From positions 36,246,985 through 36,310,984 of the forward strand of contig NC_068994.1 in assembly GCF_001194135.2 (NCBI RefSeq): DNA of 64,000 nucleotides, read 5' to 3'. The first letter of the stretch is position 1; each line of letters begins with the position of its first letter. The DNA is from Octopus bimaculoides (lineage: Eukaryota). Below are positions 54,135-64,000 of this stretch, in pieces. The notes under the pieces were generated by a model. The model was not told the origin of the DNA. It saw only the letters and a program-made list of their open reading frames with translations, and did no database searches. Position numbers and translations under genes: made by a program.

Positions 54135-54830
54135 TTACCATATGTAAGTGTTAAATAAGCATTTCAAAGGATGTCTACAATTAATAACTAAATTGTTGCA
54201 CTTATTGAGTGAGAATGGGCCATTGGCTGTAATGAAGGTGATGGCCTCATGTAGGCAAAGTGTACACCACTAACCAGATAGTCAATAGGGAAGGGCCAAA
54301 TCATTGATTGCATATCTGATTATAAATTTCACTCTCTTTGATTTCAGTTTGGATATGTATTTGGTTAAAGAAGTGGATAACCAAATTTGTTGTTGTTAAA
54401 TGAATGTAGATGCACAGAAATCCTATCTTAATGAACCCATCCATGGATACTATATATTAGCTCAGGGTGATATTTGTACCAACAGTATGCTTATACACCA
54501 CATTTTTCTTCATGCAGTTCTCATTCAATGGGTAGGTTCCAGAGGCTCTACAGTTACACTTGTGAAGGCCATCATTCAGATGGCTTACTGACTCACATTT
54601 TGCCTGGTAATAGTCAGTAGGATTGACTCCCTCCTCACTTTATTGGGGCCTAGAGTCCTAATCAGTGGTAATATCTTTGGTTCAAGCTAGTGGCATAAAT
54701 CAAGGATGGAGGCCTCGGTAGCAAGCTTGTTATGGCTGACAGTAGAGGTGGTGTCATCAATATTCTTAAGGTTAGGACACTTGCTGCAATGTTATGAGTG
54801 AGGGTATGATATTCTGGCCTTTTACCTTTA
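54135..54830 (-). mobile_element. Penelope-like GIY-YIG remnant (family C-like)
   Basis: KCNCRASGTYPLNENCMKKNVVYK and terminal LNKCNNLVINCRHPLKCLF, matching CNCR..CPL.G.C..VVY and LNKRxELxxxCRH. Confidence 0.75.
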
Positions 54831-55479
54831 ATCTTTACACACACACACATATACATAAATATACATCACCATTATCATTTAATGGCTGTATTCCATGCTG
54901 ATATAATTTGGATGGTTTGACAGGAGCTGGTGAGCCAGAGGACTGCACCAAACTCCAGCACCTGCCTTGGCATGACTTCTATAGCTGGATGCACTTCCTA
55001 ACACCAACCATTTTTCAGAGTGTACCAGGTACTTTTAACATGGTACAAGCATGGGTGAGATTACTAAGTAATTTACAAGACAAATCCCCTCAATTGGGAG
55101 GAGGGGAGTAGTACAGAAGGAAGTGACTTTATACCATGTGATGAGAGGTTAAGAATGATAGAGGGACGGGAACAGTATCTTGCTGCAGAGGAGATATATA
55201 GTCCCCCATTTGGAAGAGAAGGATCATAGTGAAGATGTGTCAGGGTGTAATTTCTAGTTGCAGAAAAGTGAATAAAGAGAAATGGTATGAGTCAATAAGG
55301 CAATATCAGGTAATAACCATATACACAAACATACACACACACACATATATCATTTAGTTTTACACAGTATAAAGCTACGAGCTACAAATAGTTTCTTGTT
55401 TAGGAGACAAGGGTCTAAGCAGGTTTTTTTTACAACATGCCTTGTGTCTCTAAGCAATCTTCAGGCTCTGAACATATGG

Positions 55480-56260
55480 TCTATATTATTTGCAAATTAG
55501 GATGTGGGTGCATAAGAAAAAAAATACGGGTAGAAGGTAGATGCAAAAAGTGGAATACCTTTGTGCTTTTTTTTCTTATGATTTCTATTGTATCAATGTC
55601 CTGATTGGCAATAGATCATGTTCTTAGAGCCCGAAGACTGTTTGGAGATTCAAGATGTGTTATTAAAACCTGCCTTGATCCATGTCTTGAAGGTAAGAAA
55701 CTATGAGTTACTCATATCTTTATACTGTGACCATTAAATGGTATTTATCTCTCAATGGATAGAGTACTTTTTTGTTGACCTTACCTTAACAGAACAGTAA
55801 ACTACATATATATACTAGCAATTGCACCCAACCTTTGGATGGTTTAAGTTGCTTTGATGGTATTTGTTTCACCAAATAACTGAACTACCGAGGTTTATAA
55901 GTAGCATGGCAATCTATGTTTCCGATTAACCAAGGAACAGAAAACCAAAGTGAAGGCTGGTTATTGTGGAAGTCATTGCACTTTAATGATCATAGAACAT
56001 ATAATTTTGCAAGCGATGCAAAGTAGAGCTACTGAAGTGTTTTGGGTGTAGATTACGGATGACTACAAAATACAGTTGTTTAACATGAAAGCATAATTTC
56101 TTGTTAGAAACAGCCATATAAATGGTGTAAGAAAACTGAAGGAAGACGTTGAAACTTCCCCTCTGCAAGTTTACTTTACTCAACAGCAAAAGGAGTATTT
56201 TTTCAGAGAGAAGTATGATTAGTACCTTCAAAAATGGTATTATAATACCTGCTTGAAAAA
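55480..56260 (+). mobile_element. Possible very decayed PLE RT
   Basis: VHKKKNTGR, SLY and a frameshifted WCRxxDD-like motif appear in the PLE RT order. Weak. Confidence 0.3.
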
Positions 56261-56869
56261 GTAGAGTTAAAGGAATATATTTGCTACATGCTTACAGTTG
56301 ACTTCAGGTAATGAAAAATGAAAACATGAAGAGTTTGACTTCAGTTCATAAATACTGCTTTGAATCTGTAGTAGTTTGCAGTGAAAAGAACGTTGTGTTC
56401 AAAATATCATAATGGATTGGTAAATAAGCGTCCTTAAAATAAAACAACACATTAGTAGGTAAACAAAGGTATCAACAAATAGAAGAGAGGGAAAGGAACA
56501 ATACCTTTCAAGTAACTCAGAATAGGTAAAGGTAAGCTTGTCAAAGTTTAATGCAGTTTAAATATGGAGATTAAGATTGTTCAGATTCAGATATTCATCA
56601 AGTAAAGTGTTCCTAGTCAATTTAATCACCGTTGCAGGTAGACAATCGAAATAAATAGACAAAATCCTTTCACTTTCATAATATTCTCTAACCAAGTAAT
56701 AATACACAATTACTACGTATAAATAAATAACAAATAAAAAAAAAATTCAAAAATGGCTAAAAAAATATTCTCTAATGCCAATATACAACCATATAGATTA
56801 AAAAAGTATGCAAGACCCTACATACAAAAAAACTATGTACATACAACGAATTAAAAAAAAAAAACGTGT

Positions 56870-57032
56870 AAACCACCATTTTTCCTGGTTTGTTCATTTA
56901 CACAGGAGCTGTGGGAACGACCGTCCTTGGACATAAATAATGTGTGTGTAAAGTTTGGTCAAAATCGGTAGAGAATTGTGGAATTGTATGCGTTAGTCAA
57001 TATACACATACATAATGAGATTTCTTTTCTAT
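56870..57032 (+). mobile_element. Helitron/DINE-like non-autonomous element 3' part
   Basis: aagtttggtcaaaatcgg..acatacata..ttttctata resembles Helentron-associated element ends (recognition only). Confidence 0.4.
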
Positions 57033-57036
57033 AATG

Positions 57037-57270
57037 TTATTCAACAAAGCCACCTTCAGCTTCAACAACTGCTTCTATAGGCAATCTAAATCATCTACAT
57101 GCTTGAATCAAGTGGTCCTGGTTCATTTTGGACACTATTCTGACTATGGTAGCATTCAAAGATTCTTTGTTGTTATGAGCATGTTCATTGACCTCCCTCT
57201 CAACAATGCTCCACATGTCATAGTACAATGAATTGAGATCTGAGGAATTACGAGGCCAAACATTAGAGGT

Positions 57271-57275
<5 letters not shown>
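57037..57275 (-). mobile_element. Tc1/mariner transposase C-terminal fragment
   Basis: VWPRNSSDLNSLYYDMWSIVERE..NNKESL..IQACRRF..VEAEGGFVE*. Confidence 0.88.
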
Positions 57276-57301
<26 letters not shown>

Positions 57302-57841
57302 TTAGGGAAAAGAACCAAGGTTCATGAACTCATCGATGAAAATCCACTGTCACATATAGAAAAATTAATAAGTAAAAGCACAATAAATAAGTATAATATA
57401 ATTCCTGTGAAAAAATCCTGTGAAGAGATGTTGGCGTGGGCTCCCACCCCGGCATCCGAAACTTGGAGCTTTATCATGGCTACCGAATACGTGTCACATA
57501 TTTTTACAGATAAATTCTTCTATTTACATAATATGGNNNNNNNNNNNNNNNNNNNNNNNNNNNNNNNNNNNNNNNNNNNNNNNNNNNNNNNNNNNNNNNN
57601 NNNNNNNNNNNNNNNNNNNNNNNNNNNNNNNNNNNNNNNNNNNNNNNNNNNNNNNNNNNNNNNNNNNNNNNNNNNNNNATATATGCAGTTACATATAAAT
57701 ATACAGTTACATATAAATATATAGTTATATATAAATATATATAACTATATATTTATATAACTATATACAAATATATAGTTATATATGTTTATATATAGTC
57801 ATATATATATATAGAGAGAGAGTTATATATATATATAGCTT

Positions 57842-57874
<33 letters not shown>

Positions 57875-59799
57875 GAGCGTCCAATAATACTATCCATATC
57901 ACGTCCTCACTTTGTTGTGTTTTTGTGTTTTTTTGTTATTGTTTTTTTGAACTATATATATATTAGTTATATATACATATATATAAGTAATAGATGATTA
58001 GAAATAAGGTTAGATGAAAGCATTGAATGATAAACATGGGTGGAGTTGAGGTCAGTCGCGAATCATTGTTTGAAACAAGGTAAAGGAAAATAGGAGTGGG
58101 TCGAGAGGAGAGGTGGTAACATATGGTGATATATATATATATAAGAAAACTCAGATATATGAGAAACAGGGAGATGATTGGATGTGTAGTTGAGAGAGAA
58201 GAATCACAGTATCAGTGGCAAGTGGGATAGATATAGTGAGAAAAAGGAGAGCATTGGTAACTGATATGAGAGTGTGCTCAGTGGATATGGGAATATACTT
58301 TTCAATTTCTAAAGACAGACACCTATTCCATAAATGTGCATTATTTTCAGATTACTCTCATTTATTATCATATTAATGATACTAATTAGGCTATGAAATA
58401 ATATAGCAACAGAACAAGGAGTGTTAAATTTAGGTGAATATGACTGATGTATATTTCATTTTACTAGGTAAATTTCAATCATTATAACATTTGTAATGAA
58501 TCTGTTTCATACGATGTCAGATATAAGGTTAAGCTACTTGTCCAAAATCTAATATAGTACAAACTCTGGAAAGAAACCATCAGTCAGTTTTGACAGCATA
58601 TCAGCAGTAATTGTATGGCTGCAACCAACTATAATAATTAGCTCACCTAGATTTTCAGCTGCTTAATGCAATTCTCTCTAAGTCCATCTGTACACTTGCT
58701 CTTGGAATCTAAAATCATCAATATCATATCATGAATATGCTGGAATTATATTTACTTCTATCAATACATTTATTACAACAGTTTCTTGTTATTTTGTACA
58801 TAAATATTACACAAATAAGGAATATATATATATAGTACTAAAGCTTAATAGTTTAATTTTTTCAACTTAAGATGCTAATTTTTGAAATGATATCAATATG
58901 AGAGGCTAGTAGAATAACTGAGTGTGAAAAATAAAGGGTAAAAATGCATAATTTACTCTGCATGCGATACATTCATTATTAGATATCAGAATTTAAGTTC
59001 AACATCCGTTGACAAATATTTAATCACAATATCTAATCCCTTAGTATATTTTCTCTCTTCATTCCAAATATGTATGTAGCACTATGTAGCAAAATGGTAA
59101 AACTGAAAAGCATAAGCTTCTTGGTACATACCACATTGATGCTAAGTGAATCACTATATTGATGCACAATAGTGCATATGAGCAGATGTCAAAAAGTATC
59201 ATAACTGATTCTATATTTACTAATGACTTTCATAATTAAGGTGAAAGTAAGGAATTATGATGCAATGTGGTAGCTGAATAGAAAATATAGAATCAAGCCA
59301 AATGGTTATTGGAATGAGCAATATGAGTTGTGTAAAGAATAAGATTTCCAGGATTCTCCCCCCCCCCCGCCAGAAATTCAAATTATAAAATTACTATTTA
59401 GAGAGTTAATATTATCTAAATTCCATACGTGTCAGGTTTATATGAGGCTTAACTGCAGTTAAATAAAATCCTACAGTGAATTATTCAAAATTGTTATGAA
59501 ATGTGTTGAAGCTAAAGGAAAGGAGCTAATATCCAAAAATAGACATAATTACACAATTTCAGAATTTCTCAACTAATGAAGTTGTTTTATCTGCTTTTTG
59601 TAATTAAGTAGCAAGTTGTTCTACTATAATCCAGAACACACAAGCACTGTATGCAATAATCTCGCGTTTCTACTGATAACATAACAATATAAGAATTACA
59701 TAACATAACAATATAATTAACATAACAATATAAGAATTACAGAATACACAGCACTCAAATCCCTATACAATTAAAGAGCATTTAGAAGAAATGTTAGAG

Positions 59800-62160
59800 A
59801 CATCTAGCAATTCACAAGTAAACAAAAACATAGTAATTAACATCACAAAATACAACAGAAATGCAACATATCATAATTGTCCAAATAAGCAGGTATTCTT
59901 CTTGTTCATTTTGGTCCTTTAGAACTACCTGTTGCAATTGTAATAGTGATAACTTGATGCATCCTTGCCCTCTATTGTTTTTAAATTGATGATTTCATCA
60001 TTGTTATATGAAAAGTTGTATTTTTTTTTTAAGCAATTTTCAAAAGCATCTTTAGTTTTGATTCAGGAGCTCAAGATTACCGAAACTGTATTACCCCTCC
60101 CTGCTGTAAATCGAATTAAGGCATGGTGATAAAATAGTAGTTACTTAGTAACATTTGATTATTTTTTTGATAGTCATAATTGCTTTTTAGGACAAACTGA
60201 TTTTTCATGGTCAACCCAATCAGGAAGTGATTTTGCTAGCAAAGAAAAATTATTAAACTTTTCAGCAAACAATAACATGCAAAGTTAAATATTTTGTTAT
60301 TGGATGGTTGCTTGTTTAAAACTCTAGAAGGCAATGGTCTAATATTTATTAAAACAAAAGAGAGTTTATTGTCTTTTGTTTGTTTCGTTAGATGTAGCAG
60401 AGTAGTTTTCCATATCACTACATCAAAATGGTCATTATGTTTATATAATGAAGAATGGCAAAGAGTTGTTCTAGTATTATGAATATTTTATCTACTTAAA
60501 AATTCTAAAATTTCAGTGCCTTCAAACTGAGTACTACAGTTGCTAAGAACAATACAATGCTAAGTGCTGAACAGGATGAATAACTGGGGAAGGATTGAAT
60601 AATAGCTTAAGAGGTTGATTTTCTTATGCAAAAGAACATGTAAACTCATCAAATAGTCAAAGATGTAAGAATCACCTATTATAGTGATTGGTTTTGGAAC
60701 TGTTGGTTACTTGTAATTTTGATGAAATGAGTTGTCAACCTTGCACATACCTAACATAATCTATTTTTTACCCCTCATGAGTTTTCTAAATAGGTTATTA
60801 CAAATTAATTTTTTCATATATACACAAAGAGTATCCCATCTCTTCACAAATTTTCACTTAGCTTTATTTGTTCATCAGTTGACATCAATTCGTCATCCAT
60901 CTCAATTGCGGAAATTCCACTTGAAACATCTGCAGCCAAATTCCTTTCCAGAAAGTATTTTATTCCATAGGAGCTCTCAAGAATTGTAGTCTCCAGTAAT
61001 ACTACACTGAAACTTAGCATTTCAAATAGCAGATTTAATTCAACCTTCAAATAGGAAAGTCATTGCTTGTTGATCTGTTACAAGCTTGAGATTTTGTGTT
61101 AATACATAATGTCACATGTTTTCAACTAATATCGCTATTACAAGGGCATTTAACTCTACAGAAGGCCATTCATTTTCAATATCATTCAATCTTGTATACA
61201 GAAGCAAATTGGCTGCCCATTTTGTATCTGGATAATTAGTGAACCAGGTGTCAAAACAAATAACAAAGCCACTGCATAACTATCTTTCAGTTACTTAATT
61301 GCATCAAGACATTCAACCAATAATGGAAAATGTTATTGTTTAACTTCAACAGCTGCTACAATTTCACCTTTTAGCCATTTTGCATAATATACTATTAACC
61401 CAATGAAACACTCAAATTTCTTGGAAATTATACATACAGGAAGGTCAAGTAGTAGTCATATTCTATTAGATTCATAGAATTTTGCCAGTTCTAAAATGTG
61501 ACCTGGGAATAATAACTCAGTCACAATGAATTTACATTTTTTGCAATTTACTACTTCCGAATATTTGTAAAAAGCTTCAAAATTTTCATCATACATCCAT
61601 TTTATTTTCTCCACATATCATCAAAGTAATTAACTATTCCTTTCAAGTATTTAATTTTTCTCATTACTCTGCTAAAAATCATCAGTTCATTTGTAACTCC
61701 CTGAGACAATCACATTAATTGGTATAGTTCATAACTTGCTTCAAAAGTTATAAAATCTTGTCCCTGGAGAGGTAAAGACACTTGATGATATGTTGAATGA
61801 AGGTCAGAGTAATGAAATGATGACTTCCATGAATTTGACTTAAAACATCACTAATGAGTAGGGTGGGAGAAGCAGCAAACTGTGTGAATCTATTAATACT
61901 AGATGTGAAGTCAACCACTAAATGCCTTTTACCACTATATTTGTTGATTACAACATCAAAATGCCATGATAAACTAGAAGGAATAGCTAAATCTCTCAAA
62001 CAGCTGTTTATTAATTTCAGCTTTAATGAATTCATGGTCTTCAAAAGAGCAATTCTAAGTGGAACAACATATGTGTATTGCTTCAGCAGAAATCCCTACA
62101 CTTGAGTCAGTGAATATTGAAAGTTTTAAAGATTTGTCATATATGCTATACATTTCAAAT
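59800..62160 (-). mobile_element. Decayed Ty3/Gypsy LTR-retrotransposon pol (RT, RNase H, integrase)
   Basis: KRHLVVDFTSSINRFT, YHQV, GVTN, NYFDD (about 61615-29), RNase H KLVTDQQ (about 61070), NLAADVSS, then integrase-like HLTKQ..IRPLPS (about 60330-60400). Possible polypurine tract at 59354-59371. No LTR pair found. Confidence 0.85.
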
Positions 62161-62426
62161 CAACACACACAGCAGATACAGTCAAGGACCAGAATTTACC
62201 TTTACATTCAAGCTAATATGACTAAAATTATAATACTGTAGAGATAAAAATTCTTGAAATGGAAAAGTCAGATATATCATGGTCAATGAAAAACCTCAGT
62301 TATTAGGCACTAATGGTTTATTTAGATCTTTAGAATCATGTTTCAAATTATTATAAGCTTGTTTCCCAAACATATTGACTCCTTTTAAGATGACTGGGGT
62401 TATGATTTAATACCAAGCATTTTATA

Positions 62427-62780
62427 GGTACAGCTATGGTTGTGTGGTAAGAAGTTTGCTTCCCAACAACATAGTTTCAGATTCATTTCCACTATGCGGT
62501 ACTTTGGGCAAGTATTTTCTAATGTAGTCCCAGGCCAACCGAAGCCTTGTGAGTATATTTAGTAAATGGAAACTGAAAGGAAGCTATCATTGTGTGTGTG
62601 TGTATGTGTGTGTGTTACTGCCTCCTTGCCTTAACACCTCATGATAGTTGTAAAAATGGGTCACTTCCATGCAAGCAGGGTCCTTCAATTTCAATCTACC
62701 AGGTCATGGGGAAATATTACCATGCCTGGAAACAGGTGAGGGTTGGTAACAGGAAAGGCATCCAGCCATAGAAAATCTGG
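62427..62780 (+). mobile_element. tRNA-headed SINE
   Basis: Degenerate A/B boxes (tggttgtgtgg, gattcatttcc), body, internal (TG)n, and tail aggaaaggcatccagccatagaaaatctg shared with several other copies in the window. Confidence 0.7.
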
Positions 62781-63800
62781 TTCAAGGTACTCTGCTAGGA
62801 AACTTGAGGCTCAGAGACAGAATGCCTATGCATGGAGATGCACTGCTTCATGGGGCTCATTGTAGCTCCTCTTTAGTACTTAATAAAATTCTGTATCAGA
62901 TTTGTACATTTTGTTGGTTTGTACACAGTATCTTTACAAGGAGTATTCCATGGAAGTCCTACAGTTATATCTAGTAGGGAAGAGACCTCATCTAGTGTAA
63001 TGATATTCCTCTTCACTGTAGAGATAGAGTACTGGCATGTTTGGTTACAAATTTCACACATTGGTGGTGTGATTGATATACCCCTGATTTTTGTGGCTAT
63101 TCCTATTGCCCAAACCAGAGGTGTATTTTCTGCAAATCTCATTGGAGTGAACATCATGTCACATGCAATTTCAAGGAGAGTCCACTTTGAGGTGCTACCT
63201 GAACTGACTAATTCTATCCCCAGCACTATGTATATTAAGTGTGTACCTATTAAAAGCAGCTATCATGCTGGCCACATTAGGAGAGCTGGAATATGACAAC
63301 TTCATTATGTTTTCATATATTCGGTGGTATCTATGCTATAGAGACTGGAAAATGATTTTATGGGCTTTATTTTTCGCTCTACAAGAGAAGGGTGAGCTGT
63401 ATCATATTACTCGTCCTCTTGGTATCATCATCTATCATTCACTCTTAGAACTGATCCAACTCTAGCTATCAGTGTATCCTGCTCTCATTCCTACCCTTAC
63501 AAGTGCTGGTGCCACAACAGAATGCATCCAGTACACTGTGTTAAGTGCAATATTGAGAGTTCTCTTTAGTCATATCAGAGACATAACAACTTTCCTAATG
63601 CCAGTACCGAATGCATTCTTTGGCACCTACATATGTCAACTACCTTATAAAGCGGGTAATGTTAGAAATGGTATTCAGCTATAAAAGCTAAGCCAGAAAG
63701 GAAATTTACAAGTAAGATGTGGTCTCCCAACCACTTCTGCTATTCAGTAATGATCTATCCAACTTAGGCCAGCATGGAAATCAGATATAAAATGGCAATA

Positions 63801-64000
63801 TCATCATCATCATCGTTTAACGTCCGCTTTCCATGCTAGCATGGGTTGGACGATTTGACTGAGGACTGGTGAAACCGGATGGCAACACCAGGCTCCAGTC
63901 TAATTTGGCAGAGTTTCTACAGCTGGATGCCCTTCCTAATGCCAACCACTCAGAGAGTGTAGTGGGTGCTTTTACGTGTCACCCGCACGAAAACGGCCAC
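63801..64000 (-). mobile_element. Young RTE-tail copy (runs off the window)
   Basis: Nearly identical to 32048-32247. Confidence 0.85.

Noticed and set aside
54068-54143. 76-nt + strand exon candidate with a GTAAGT donor
   Set aside because: Poor pyrimidine tract; it is the antisense of a PLE ORF end and 3' UTR.
55615-55692. 78-nt + strand exon candidate (IMFLEPEDCLEIQDVLLKPALIHVLK, donor AAG|GTAAGA)
   Set aside because: It sits within a probable decayed PLE RT and has no recognisable homology. Not excluded; junction reads would decide.
62970-63005. ITLDEVSSLL resembling the plant mobile domain motif ITLDDVSSLL
   Set aside because: The flanking ERW..FHLP motif is missing; a 10-residue match in a non-plant genome is likely coincidence.

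Overview
AT-rich eukaryotic genomic DNA, dense in microsatellites, with eight N-gaps. The repeat families resemble those I associate with octopus genomes (inference from recognition, not from a search). I find no protein-coding host exon that I can support. Long ORFs in the supplied track are microsatellite or N-gap artefacts, or transposon remnants. The only host-like feature is a candidate promoter plus ATG-free first exon on the + strand (about 27.68-27.95 kb), which would make the downstream region intronic. Recognisable elements are decayed CR1-type and RTE LINEs, several distinct Penelope-like elements (PLEs), two Tc1/mariner fragments, a probable hAT remnant, a TA-flanked MITE, a Ty3/Gypsy pol remnant and tRNA-headed SINEs. 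The most interesting signals are RNA-level. (1) An apparently intact minimal type I hammerhead ribozyme at 35509-35567 sits in a non-coding unit of about 480 bp that starts to repeat in tandem (retrozyme-like). (2) A PLE family carries a tRNA-like module plus a second hammerhead family in its 3' end, and also occurs as short copies that begin at the tRNA head (candidate PLE-mobilised SINE). This family twice inserted as long palindromes with 12-bp target-site duplications.
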